DNA of 64,000 nt. Origin: Pelagomonas calceolata. Taxonomy: Eukaryota. The notes beneath the pieces were generated by a model, which saw only the letters and a program-made list of their open reading frames with translations, made no database searches and had not been told where the DNA came from. Numbering within the stretch: the stretch's first letter is position 1; each line of letters starts with the position of its first letter. Below, one piece after another: positions 22,713-35,492 of this stretch. Location of the stretch: positions 1,798,001 through 1,862,000 of the forward strand of contig CAKKNE010000006.1 of the NCBI GenBank assembly GCA_918797485.1, in the 5' to 3' direction. The translations under genes were made by a program, and so were the position numbers.

Positions 22713-25065
22713 ATGATTTATGCCAGACAGCACATTCTCTGTCTGGTGGGTTTGCCGACACTGTTAGGGCAATGCCCAAATATGTGCAGCGGTCACGGCA
22801 GTTGTGGCCCAGAGAATGTATGTTCGTGCTTCGAAGGATTTGACTATGCTCCCGACTGTTCATTGCGTTTTTTTGCCGCGTGAAATCTTGCCTATTTCAC
22901 GACGGTGCATTAGGTACATGTTCGAAAGGTGCAGCTTGGGCAGACAAAGCATATGCTGTAGACCTTGCGCATTCTCCGAGTGAGTGTTCGAGTGCTGGTC
23001 TCTGCAATCGTGACACTGGGAAGTGCGAGTGCTTCGACGGATACACTGGACTTGCCTGTCAGAGATGCAAATTTCAGTGTCTGAAACACAAGTAGTTGTG
23101 CATCATGAGATGATCAGCTTAGCTACGTGCCCAAATGATTGCAATGCCAATGGTATGTGCTTGACATTGAGCCGCCTGGGCCAATTGTATGGTATTGATC
23201 ACCAACATCCCAGCACTGGTGGAGATGGAACCGGTCCTTCTTATGCAAATTGGGATAAGGATTCAGTAACTAGTTGCTTCTGCGACCCTGGCTTCAGTGG
23301 GCCCGACTGTTCGCGAAGTTCGTCTCCCGAGTCGCATTTCCTTTTTTTTGTATTTACTTCCTGAACTGCACGCACATCCATAGTCATGTGTGCCAAGGCT
23401 GATGACCCACTTACTATCAACCAAAACTACCGTGCCCTTAGAATCGGAGTGTTTTCCGCTGATGGCAGCAGCCTTCAGGGCACAGTGATCTTCCAATTTC
23501 TTGGGTACACCACTTCTCATTCGGCTTCTCATGTCTCAGCGGTAACATGCGAGGGGGCTTGGGAGGCTCTTGAAAATGTTGAGGATGTGGACTGTCAGTC
23601 CGAGAACTTCGGTGCTGGCTCTTTTTACAATGTTACATTTAAGCAATGGCCAACTATGCCCATGGAAAACAACTATTTCAGTCATAAAGGCAACCCTGCA
23701 CTCTCAAACTTTACTTGTGATGTGAGTGGTGCCTTTTCTGCTAGTGGTTCGCAAGTGTTATGCAACATTTCAGATCTCGTAAGCGACGATATAACTGAAT
23801 ACGAGTACTGTGGTCGGCGTGGTCAGTGCGATTTTACGTCTGGAACATGCTACTGCATTGATGGGTACGAGGGCTCCACTTGCACTGATTCAACTTATGC
23901 AGAATCAACCTCAAATTCATTACCTGGTGTGAATATTCACGCAACAGGAACCGACTACATTGGAGATATCTTCAAGCTTACCGCAGACAAATCGTCTTCA
24001 TCTGACTTCACCTTCATGAAAATAGTCGCAAATGACGAGGATCTTTTGAGCATCCGTGGTGATGGGCTGTTGTCAATCGCACAACTTGATGTTACAACCT
24101 ATGGAACAACAATTTCAGAGGGCGGACTTACTGTTCTGACTGGCGGCGCCAGCATAAAAGATGGAGGTGTGGATATTTCGAGCATGGCTTCGGGTGAACC
24201 TGTTCTTCATGTCATTGGTAGCTCCGAAGTTTTTGCAGACTCGCTGCTTCAGGTAGATTCAATACGGAATGAAGATGCAAGCTATTGGTTTGCTCGCTTC
24301 AATACTGCCTACAAGCAAGCCGATGGAAGCCACAATATCTTTTCCATCCGCGGTGATGGCTACACCAAAATCGCAGGTGAACTACATGTCGACAATGTTA
24401 CTTCAGTCTACAGCCTCGAACTCACAAAGGGTGGATTAACAGTTTATCAGGGGGGGCTACGTCTTTATGAAGATGGCGTGGTCGTGTATGATGGTGGTGC
24501 TGATATCCGTAGCAATAATGTGACTGTGCTTCGAGCTTACCACAATTATGCCGCCGGTGATAAAGACAATGGTACCGTGCTTTCGATCGAGTCCACCGCA
24601 GGGCTATCCAGCAACATAGATTTGATAAAAGCAGGGATGGATGTGGACAATATACATAAGCCAAAAACTATTTTCCGAGTCAACGGTCTCCCCAGGACGT
24701 ATATTGACCGAGGTGGTCTTAGTGTGATGGGTGGAATCACGGTAGCTAGCGCGGGACTGAATGTCTCTGCTGGTGGAGTCTTCATCTTGGCTGGAGGCGT
24801 TGACATCCAGGGAGGCAATCTTACGGTCAAGAATGATGCCAATATAATCGTGGGAAATAAGCAAGTCATTGGTGCCCGGCAAGCCGCCGTTGACGACGTC
24901 AGTGCAGCTAATGATCCTGGTGATGGCACGCTTGCGGCGGCGAGTTCAGATGTCGCGACATTGGCAGCGCAATCTGAAAAGCTACGGGACCTAGTCGATG
25001 AAATTAGGACCCAAATGAATGATCTTCTAGGAAAGCTGCGAACACATGGTCTCATAGCCAGCTAA
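22713..25065 (+). CDS. Secreted EGF/tenascin-like (Sig1/mastigoneme-type) protein with Gly-rich beta repeats; introns 22867-22913, 23067-23122, 23318-23383
   Basis: Signal-like N-terminus, CPNMCSGHGSC, ECSSAGLCNRDTGKCECFDGYTGLACQR, CPNDC, DCS..CAKADDP; GGLxVxxGG repeats in the C-terminal half. Confidence 0.85.
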
Positions 25066-27010
25066 GCTGATTTTGAGAAAAGAATTGCAATTATGGACTC
25101 TCATGCAAGTAGCCATGTGTTCCCTGGGGTAATAACAACACAATAGAATGTTCTGCTACTAGACTGCTAGTCTGCTACTAGTACTAGGCTACTACTACTA
25201 GACTCTAGGGCCGCCACACCCCGGCGGGTAATTGTTTCGAATAAGAACGTGAACTGACCCATCCTCCATGGGTCTAATTAAGATAGATGAATCCTTACCC
25301 TGCGAATATAAATACTGCATGTCGGAGACTAATAATAGCCTTAGCAGGACTCGCCCTTGCAAGGTTACGGTTACGGTCGTCAACGCAAGATGATCGTTGA
25401 ATTTTACTCTATTACCAACAGACTCAGGCTGCAAGCAAAAAGGTTGTCGGAATGAGCCGTCCTGCTATCACTAGCGAGACGCACTTACTTTCTGATAGGC
25501 GGGACTCAGGCTGAGGGGCGTCTGTGGCGGCGAGCACTGCTCGCGCTTGGGGAGAGAGGCCGACAAAGTTGCTAGGAAAGTGCCACATCGGAATAAAAGA
25601 CGTAAAAACGCTGTCGACGTAGAAACCCGCGAGCTCTGGAGGCTCGGGCTCGATCGCAAGTAATTTATCTTTAGCTTTGTCTTAGGCTCTACAGCCTATG
25701 TGCTCATTCAGGTTGCTGCAAACAGCGCCTCCTCGTCGGCGTTTCGCCCACAGCAACTACGCACGACACGCTTTTCGTTTGGTTAGGGCGCTGCACTGGC
25801 GGCCGGCGCGAGGATGTGCGCACGGAAGAGCAGACTCGGCGTTGCCCGGCGGCGAACTACGCTTCGAATACGGCCAGCCGCCCGACGGGCCCTGACCATG
25901 ATAAAAGTCCCTCAGCCTCAGAAACTAGAATCTGCACGCAGCCTGATAATCTGTTGTCCTGGATCCCTGAACACATGGGGGATAAGCGCAAGCGCGTCGA
26001 TGCCCCAACCGTACGGCCCCTGAACGTCGTGTCCCTACGGACTACAGTCGCACAGGTCGACATGTTGCTTGCGTATGCCTACCGTGCCGCCTTTTTCATT
26101 ATCCTGGTCAACTAGGCTCCTAGGCTGCTCCGCTCCTACTAACTAACTACAGGTACTAAGTTCAATTTTTGGCCGGCTCCGAGACAGCTCGGACCAGGGC
26201 CCATATATAATGTTGAAAATGAGACCCAGCCTGGGCGTCACGCTACCATGTCGCAGACTCGCTTACCGAAAAAGTGATGGTGAAACTGCAGCAAACGCAA
26301 GAGAAAAGGACAGAGTAAGGAGGCTTGCTGATACCACCCCTAGGGATTAAAGTTGGTCTTCGCCGATGACGACAATACGCGTATAAGCCGTTCGTAAATT
26401 TGAGTTCGCTCCATTGTGCAGCGTAGTATACTGGCTGGCGTCCCCTCCTGTCCTTGCAGCGTTTAATTAGTGTCCATACCAGGAAGGTGATGTGCTTTGG
26501 TCCATGCGTATGTTATACGAGGGGGGTGACCCCCACCCAAACAAGCCGGCCTAGCGCCCGACGTCGGATAGCCTAAATTTGGATACAAGGTCTGCAGCCG
26601 CTGGCGTCCTTGCGGTCCTGGAAAGTGGCCTTATCATAAGAAAATAGCTAGTTTACTTGTTCGGCCGCCTGGGATCTCGTTTATGACCCTTCGATTGGAA
26701 CTGATGCCGCTAGGAGGTCTACAACCCCGCCGCGCCGCCATTCAGCCGCAGTAGACGACGATTTGGACGCCTTCGCGGGGCCTCCACGTGCACTATCGGT
26801 CCTTTCTGAGCAAGGTACGGTCACAGAGCGCCTACTATGGATGGTCCTATACGACCTGCCTTTCACGCTTTTTGCCTCACAGTCCCGCGGCGCACATTTA
26901 CGGGCCTGGTGAGACCACAAAATCACAGCCCTCGTTCTAAGCCCAGCGATCAAACCAACGGAGTACCGTTGCGCGCCTCGTTAGTCGAAGGGGTGCTGGG
27001 GCCCGGTGCG

Positions 27011-27080
27011 CCACGTCTCTCCCAGCGGGTCCGCGCCCGGCGCCCCCACGTCTCTCCCAGCGGGTCCGCGCCCGGCGCCC
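27011..27080. repeat. 35-bp perfect tandem duplication
   Basis: ccacgtctctcccagcgggtccgcgcccggcgccc x2. Confidence 0.9.
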
Positions 27081-28666
27081 AAAACCGGCTGCGGCGGCCT
27101 GCTTTTAGCGTTTTTAGCTAAAAGCGCTTTATTCTTTTGCGAAACACATGTCTCCAAAAATTAGGGAGCCGTTTTAGGCCCCCAGAGAAGTCCCCTGGGG
27201 AGTATCCCCATAACAGATGCCGCGGAAGAAATGAGCCGAAATTGGGGTCACCCCCGTGCTATACGCGTACCATGGCAGAAACGCCCCTCAAAACGAGTCC
27301 AAACAACGAGTCCTAAACAAGATAACTCCCACAAGACTTCGAAATTTATGGAGGCTCGAGTGGAATAGTCGACGTTGGCTCATTGGCTGGTTTTTTTGCG
27401 CCGGTCCATGGCTGCAAGTTTCTGGCTGCGAAAATTTCAGTACGCAGACAGCAGCCCGCGCGTTGAGAAAGCAGCTGCGGGGCGGTCGCTAAGAAGCCAG
27501 AGAGAGTAGAGAAAGTCTCACTAACTGCAACCACCTTTTGAGTTGGCCGAGGGCCTCTCAAGAGTGCTCCAGGGGAAGGAATGACTTTTGTTTAGATTGG
27601 TCAGATTGCACGCTTTGGCTTTATTTGCCTAGCCATTTTCCGAGGCAGCTCAAATCCCAACAAGAACGCAGGGTTTAATTAGCTGCGTGCAAATATTAAA
27701 AAAAATCAAAAAAAAATCGAAAATCAGCTACTCATATCGACCCAACAAAGGCTGCCACTTGGCGGGAAAAACGCACTTTTGTTACCAAGTCGCGGTCGGG
27801 TATGCCGGAGCGCCGAGTCCACTCGAGTGGAAGACGCCAGGATGCATCAGCGACGAAACGCGGGTTTTTCTCTTCGCGAAGGTGAACGGCGATGCAGCTC
27901 TCGTACTCCCCCATCCGTGCGACGTCGACTCGAGGCGAAAGGCGCGCGGTTCGCAATAGAGCACGTTTTTATATTCTAGCCCCCACTGTAGTAGCCTTAG
28001 TCCTGCTACCTTTTAATTGTATAATTGGCCCAATTATAATAGATTAAATTTTATAAAACTATATTTGGTATCACTGGCAGTTGGCCTTTTATAAAAGCCT
28101 GACGGAATTCCTGTACTTTTACCTGCCAGTGTTTAAGCGTAAGTTCCGTGACAACTTGAGCCTGAGATTCGGACCCGGAGAGGCTGAGGAGGCCCCGCCG
28201 CGGCCCGGGCCCGGGCGCCCGGGCCCGGGGCATAAAAATAATGAAGTATTGTTGTGTCCTAGTCGATTTTTTTGGAGCGCTGCCAGGTGAGTTTTTACCC
28301 ACTGAATGGCAGTCTCCTAGTGGGGGTATTAGGAGGCTTAGTATGGGCCCGGGCCCGGGCGGTCATGGTCGGGCCGCCCTCGACGAACCGCGGGTTACAG
28401 CCAACTGGAATGAGTACGCGTCTCTGGTACAGCTACTCAGCCCGCGGCTCACTAGGATAGGGTTTCGCCGGCTTGGGATTGCATGAGACGAAGTAGCCTG
28501 GGCGCACGACCGTGACTACTACAGCGTGTTTCCGTGGTAATTCAAATTTGAGTTTTCCCGGGGACTAGTCAGGTAGTACTGTCGTGACGCCCCAGAGGGT
28601 CCTAGTGCCACCCTTGATGCCCTCCTGTTCGATACCAGGCTTTTTTTGCCTCTTCAAGTTGAGTCT

Positions 28667-28707
28667 TACCGTACGGTACCGTGGTACCGTAGGTACTACG
28701 CGGTACC
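28667..28707. promoter_or_regulatory. GTAC/CTACG motif cluster upstream of WDR34
   Basis: taccgtacggtaccgtggtaccgtaggtactacgcggtacc, about 30 bp before ATG 28736. Confidence 0.55.
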
Positions 28708-28735
28708 CAAGTGGTGCTAATAACTCCGCTAAATC

Positions 28736-30558
28736 ATGACGAATGTGCTTTCAACAAGGCAACATAATTTTGGCGATTCCAGTTGCTTTTCGGTCAGCTT
28801 CGTCTCTGCAACTAGGAAGTGTTTTAAATATACAAGATCCCAGACTCCTCCACAGAAGCAGGTTAGTTCCGCCTCCGGACGAAATGTTGGCTGCTCTGCT
28901 GTATTTGTGCAGACGCAGATAGCGTTCGATGGGGCAACAAAGCCCAAGTTCCAATCAGATCTGATCGCACATCTAGCCTCCCAGATGATTCAGGAGCTCT
29001 CCCAACCGCAAGATGCATTTGTTGGCTTCGTTGGGTCGCAACCAAAACAGGACCAGGATATTTGTTGCAAGTACACGCTTACGTGCAGACGGTCAGGCGA
29101 TCTGCAGTGTACTGGGCTGTCCTGGAATGCAACCGGCGCTATGCTATGTGCTGCGTTTGGCCGATCGGACCTCACTGGATGGTGCAACAAGTCTGGAATC
29201 CTCTGTTGTTGGTCGCTGTTTCGTCCGGAATTTAATCCCGAGTGCCCAACCTGCTCCGTAGAGCACTCTTCTTGCTTTACAACTATTGCTTGCCATCCGT
29301 CACAACCGTCGTTGATGGCCGCTGGGTCTTTTGATGGGGAAGTACTTATCTATGACCTAGCTGATAGTTGTGACGTCCTCAAAGCATGCTCAAACATAAG
29401 CGACTATTCGCATCGAGAACCAGTAAGTTCTCTTCAATGGAATCGGAATAGAGGTGCATTCACTGCCAGTATAGATGCTTATCAGCTTGTTTCACTCTCC
29501 AGTGATGGTAAGATCCTATGGTGGTCATTAGCGACAATAAAACACGCAACGGCCGAGATTAGCGGCCATCTGCCATACCCGGTATATCTGCCTAAGGCGC
29601 GATGAAAATTGAGTTAAGAGTTTCTTAGGTACGTGGCGTGACTTTGGCATGCAACCCTGAGTTAACATTGCTCACCAATATGGCAGCTTCATCACCGATA
29701 GTGGGGGGCACTTCTATGGCACTAGCTGAATCTTGCGTCATGATAGGCTCTGAAGGGGGGAAAATTTTGCGCTGCCATCCGCGTAAAAAGAATATAAAGA
29801 AACTCTTTGCTGGCAGCGATAGTAATATACATTGGGACAAAAGCGCGATTGACTTTTTTGATAATTTGCCACCTTGCATCACATCAAAACTCATCAAGCA
29901 TGTTGAGCTTTGGGCAAATAGTGTAAGTAGGCAAGTGGTTTCAGCAAAAGACATCTTTGTCTCTAAGCCCCCACTCCGGTATGTGTTCCCAGCTCCAACT
30001 GGCGTGACTGAATATGAGGGGCATGTTGGTTCAATGTCCTAGATTTTTATCAACGCACCATTCTTGTTCATCTAGGTTGGTCCGATCACAATGATTTCAA
30101 TGTCTCCATTTCACCGCCGCGTATTTTTGTCTGTTGGCGTCGATGGCTACGCAAAACTGTGGTCGACGATGCAGCGACGTGCTCTAATGACCATGCGAGA
30201 TACAAGCTGTATTCACCTTGCTGATGGGCTGTATGCATCAGGTTGGTCCAAGGCACGTCCTCTTGTCTTTGCGGTTGCGGGTGATGGAGGTGTGGTGCGT
30301 ATTCACGACCTGGGCAACAGGCGGCCAATGCTCCCAGCTGTCGAACTTAAAGCACCGATGCCAGCATCCGCCAATGATACGGACAGGCGAATCCTTGCTC
30401 TTCAGTTCAATCATAAGCAGAGAAATTTCTTAGCAACTGGCAATGCAGCTGGTCACGTCCATGTGTGGCGACTATCATGGGGACTTTCCAATCAAAGTTC
30501 TCACGAGCATGAAAAATTACAATCATGCATTGAGCATATGGAGGAAAAGGGCGCATGA
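28736..30558 (+). CDS. WDR34: WD40 dynein-2 intermediate chain; introns 29582-29628, 30025-30075
   Basis: LSWNATGAMLCAAFGRSDLTGWC, IACHPSQPSLMAAGSFDGEV, SHREPVSSLQW, SPFHRRVFLS, WSKARPLVFA, VHVWRLSWGL. Confidence 0.85.
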
Positions 30559-30969
30559 CCAACATTCACCTGCGTGCCCTGATGCGTCCTGCTCAGCTCG
30601 TATGGGCAACGCCTGGGATGATGATGATCCTAGATGATGATGATGAGGAGGATAATTCTATATTAATTGTTATAAGCTACCCTCGTCTCTTGAAAGCAAG
30701 CAGCTCGACATAGGTCCACCGTTGCGGGTTGCAACTATGTGATAAGGGTGCGGTGGGGCGCAGGCGAGCCGCACAGTACTCCCCTTAGCTCTACTTCGTC
30801 TAAAAAGGTGCCGTCTCGTCCCTCGGGCGGCTGCCATCGTACAGCACCTGAAGCGGGCCTGGGTCTCACGGCAGGTCAAAGTAAGTAAGCGAGCCGGATT
30901 CCTCCGTAAGGACCACCAGGCCGGTGACTTTTTGAACAGTACATTGGGCTTAATAATGATTGAGAAATC

Positions 30970-33900
30970 ATGTGCTTTTCTCTAGAACGGGTTTCTCACG
31001 GGTCAGCGTCGCCCGAGCAGCTTGCACCCATGTCGTGGAGTATGGTTGCAGACGGGGATGCGCACTGTGAAATACGCTGGGAAATCGCTCACTCTCTTTT
31101 TGCGTCCGCCGACAACATCAGCGAGCTCCGAATCTCCGACATTCATAGCTGGCGTGACACGGTTTTTGAAGTTGTTGCGTATGTTATTGATCATTTCTAT
31201 TATACTGGTCGAAAGGTACTACACAGGTATGTGGCCATTGGGAAAATTGAATCAGTAACAGCCCTTGATGTAATTAGACAAGCGTCGTTAATAATTGGTC
31301 AATCCACTGAACTAGCAGAAGCGATAGTTGACGCAATTTGGCTACATGATGTACCTAATTGGTTCCATCTTGGTTTGAGATTCTTTCCCCCGTTTAGGTA
31401 CAAATCAGCGCAACTAAACTCAGGCCAGCACACTGTCATCTTGCGGCACTGGTGGAGGCTTTGCAAGCAGCTGGTGTTGTATCGTGTTCTTCAGCGCAGA
31501 GAAATTGAACTCGTCCCAATGAGGCAAGCCCAAGCTTGATCCAGGCTGACTAATTTTAAGAAGCATCTAGATGAAGAACTTTTGACTTCAGCAGGCCTAA
31601 CAAATTCTATTACGTTTTCAAAGCGCTTGAAAAAGTTGAATACGGACCAGGTATATCGACAACATAAGTATAACCTTCTACACGAAGAAAGTGAAGGCTA
31701 CTCCAAGGAACTGCAGCGTCACAACCAATTCAATCTGACGTCCCCCTTGCGTTCATCACCAATCAGATGCCATCACAGGTAACAGCGCTGCTTGTATCAG
31801 GGTCTATTACACGGCTTATTCTATATTCTACGCTTATTTTGTCATATTTGATTAGGTTGTCTCGGCTACAAATACAAGCGGCTCCAGCATATCTGCCAAA
31901 GTCACTTCAGGCTTTAATTGGGGGTTTTGACCTTGATCCAAATCGTGTAATGGACATGGTGCTTAGCTCGCTTCAGCACAGCTGTATGGCTTCTAGCACT
32001 ACATCGCCTACAATAAATGCGCTCCTCAAGTTACTGGAGCAGGTCAAGCTAGGTGCATCCCTGCCCCAAATTCTGGGCTTCAAGTTTCAAAACTGCAGAG
32101 CTAAGATGTTAACATCGCTCTGCCGACTCACTGCAACATTGCTCAGCGCTGGGGCCATAGCTGTAGACGCACTGCTGCCCCATTTAGCGCCATCAATGGA
32201 GAAGCTTGCCGAAACCACAAAAAGACACGCTAAAAAGATCGAGGACGCGTCTCGTCTTGCCGGTACTGTTTCTCTATCGCACTCCGCGGAGCAGGACGCG
32301 AGTCAAACCACAGCAGTATCGCGATGCCGCTATCCGGCAGAAGGCCTCTCCTTACCAATTGTTGGGATTATTGAGGCATTATTGTGGGACCGACGTTGGC
32401 TTCTTGTGCGACCACTTCTAAGTTGCCTGGAGGACACAGGTGCGCTGCCTGTCTGCGGTCAATCTCGATTGGCACTCTGTTCGATGCTAAAATTTGCTAT
32501 CTCTCCTCTGTATTGCAAGCTTACGCCAAATTATCTACAGTTTGCAACTCGTTGGCAACCGTCAGGAATTCCCTTAGTACACGTGGGCTCACAGCACCGA
32601 TGTCGCACTTTTGATGATATTGCATCGGTTCATCGTCTTTTTCAAGTGCTAGAGCCACTGTGTTGTCATCTCCACGTTGGTATAGCCTCTGATGCGTCAT
32701 TGGTGACCAAGCTTGCACGCATCATCAAATATCTGCTACGACCGCGGGATGCTCGAGGTGCGCATGAAGCAAAACGCTTGCTTGGATATGTCATACTGCC
32801 GGCTATGTCAATACTTTCGGTCAATCCTGGCTGCGTATGTGAGATTTGGGCTGCGACAAAGCAACTCCCTTGCTGTGAACGGCATTCGCTCTACTCAACC
32901 TGGCGCGGTCGCAGCCTTGAAAGAGAATCCGTGGGTACCAAGCACTTTGAAGTCGCAGAGGCAGAGTGTAAAGCTGGTTATCATGCTCGACAATCATTAA
33001 AGCGAGTGGCAAATGACAAAAAAAACTCCAAGCACGTTGGAAGGGCATTGGCAAAAGTAGCCCACTCAAATCCGCTGGTTGTCTTTCGTGTCATTCTCTC
33101 TCAAGTTGAATCTTACGGCAACATGATTCAGCCCATCGTTGAGTCGCTCGGTTTTGTGTCCCCCCTTGCATTGGATGTTCTTTCTTACATGCTATCGTCT
33201 CACCTTGCCGACACGTCACGTCATAAACTACAGAATGATGGCATAAATATTGCTCATTGGTTTCAGCACCTTTCTCATTTCACTGGTGTCTACTATCGCG
33301 CATTTCCCCAAACTGAGCTCCAGGCTCTCATTGAATTTCTCATGCTGCGTTTGGAGGACGGAGATTCTTTGTACCTTCTTGTTTTCAATGAGCTTCTCGC
33401 TCGAATGGGTGGTTGTGAGGTCTTAGAGGATCTATCTGATGCCCAAATTGGCGGTTTGGCAGGCGGCGAAACACTCCGCCGTGAAATGCTTGCTTTTAGT
33501 AAGGCTTCTAAGCGCGCCGTTTCAAAGCTTCAGGAAGCATTATGCACGCCCAGCACTGCCATTCCAATACTTGCACTTGTTGCCCAGCGCCACTTCGGCG
33601 TCAATAAAGTCTGTCTCTGCAGATCATGTGAATTCTTGCAGGCAGCGCGGGTACAGTCTCTTCAAAGGGAAGGTAAATCATGTAAAGCTGCTTGGGCAAC
33701 TCTTTGATCGATGTCAGATGGTCCTGGTTCAGCTCGTAGATTTCCTTTCGCGTTCTACAGCGCACAGCACCGTCACAGGCACAGGTAAGAAATGTCCGTA
33801 CTTTGAGCTGCTTCCTGATCTCTGTAAAATGTCCGTGCCGTACACTGTGTCGATGATTTTCTACTTCACACACGACATATACCTTCCCACCTCGTTTAGG

Positions 33901-35193
33901 CGTTGCACATTGAACCACAGATTGCGCTCCACGCGGCTAGACCACTAATAGCAGAAGCAGCTGGCGCTCACCGCAAAGAACCAAGAGCTAAAATTCCAAT
34001 TTCACCCGACTCAGGGAGCTCTCTATGCAAATGGGAGCCAGGTGGTAAAGCTTTGCGCTCATCACTACCTGCACGGGATTGTGGTGCATTGAGCAGCGAA
34101 CTATACCTTGTTTTCTGGTCTCTATCGCTATATGACATTACAGTGCCCACGCGAGAATATGATGCGCAAATAGCCTTAATCCGCTCTAAGATCAATGTGG
34201 CACATCGTGAGTTTCTAGAGCCAGACAGACGGAAAAAAGAGATGGCACGCTGCCTCAACACCATAAACTCGCTTGTGGCCGAGCTGGAATTCCAGAAGCA
34301 TCATTACCAGCAGATCATGACTGATCTTGAGGCACAGCGTAATAGTCTACTTGGTACTATCGTCCTCACCTGTGTGAAAATACGTCCATAGATTATATGC
34401 TGCTTTTAAACTAGTTATGTTGACTACTGAGGTGCCATGGTAGGTGGAGGATCAACGCCGCTCGATTTCAGAAGCACTACTTGAGAATTGCATCATGCCA
34501 CGTGTTACGATCACACCAGAAGATGCACTTTTCTGTGCAATTTTTTTCAAGCAACTTCATTCTCTCGAGACAACCAACTTCAGTAGCCTCCAATATTATG
34601 ATCGGGTAGTCAAAGATGTTTTTCCTGTAATCTATTGTGCGACAGATCAGGAAGCTCGTTGCCTTGGAATTTTTCTTCGTGCAACTTTTGAACCCCTCAC
34701 GCATTGGCGCTTCGATAGACGTCGCTATGATATGGAAGCAGGATCAAAACTTGGATTTTCTGTTGCCATTGGTTCTGCTTCTAGGTGTACATATGAACAA
34801 TATTGCACTGTGTTTACCAAGTGGCATGATAAGATAACTAAAGTTGCCCTTCACTCGCTTAGCCACTACAAGGATCATGGCCGTGCCTGTCTCCTTGTGC
34901 TAATAAAACTAATTGGCGTCTATCCAATCTACAAGCACGTATCTACCCAGCTTTTGGGTCTTTTAGAGGCTATTCAAGTTCAAGAGGACATGAAGGATGT
35001 CCAGGCGATGGCCAAGCGTTACTGCACACTTCTTAAGAAGTCGGAGGATACACTGGTGGAAGAATCTCTCCTACAACGTGATATTCTTGGCTCTAAAGCT
35101 CAAGTTCCAGCCCCTGGCACCAAACGCCAGGCTAGTGCTGCCAATAAGCAACGGCGAAGTCCAAAAGTTAGCTTGGCACGAGACCAAGAATAA
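30970..35193 (+). CDS. THOC2: THO complex subunit 2, multi-intron (start uncertain, 30970 or 31030)
   Basis: YRQHKYNLLHEESEGYSK, LIGGFDLDPNRV, KVAHSNPLVVFRVILSQVESYGNMI, YLVFWSLSLYDITVP, LENCIMPR. Confidence 0.92.
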
Positions 35194-35458
35194 CCTAGTG
35201 CCCAATGTTTCTGAGTGAACGACCCGCCTAGTTATAGATACGGCAATTTGGAGCCAGGGCAGGTTACCGTGGAGTGGTCCACACCATTTCCCTGCCGGGG
35301 GCCTGCTCCGCAGGGGTGCCAAATCCGACGTGGGGGGCGGTGGTTCGGGTTTAGACTTTTTGATAGAACTTTTTGATTCTTATATTGATTTCGGGTTTTG
35401 GGGGAACCTTGGCTAAGTAGCCTAACTACTCGAGGGACTAGACTAGGCGAGGGACTAG

Positions 35459-35492
35459 ACTAGGCGTAGGCACGTCCCCGAAGGGGACGTGC
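35459..35492 (-). mobile_element. Probable Helitron 3' end (GC hairpin then CTAG|T)
   Basis: Minus strand reads GCACGTCCCC-TTC-GGGGACGTGC, 6 nt, then CTAG followed by T. Confidence 0.5.

Noticed and set aside
35300..35340. Similarity to the reverse complement of 63672-63735
   Set aside because: Too short and gapped to call a repeat family by eye.
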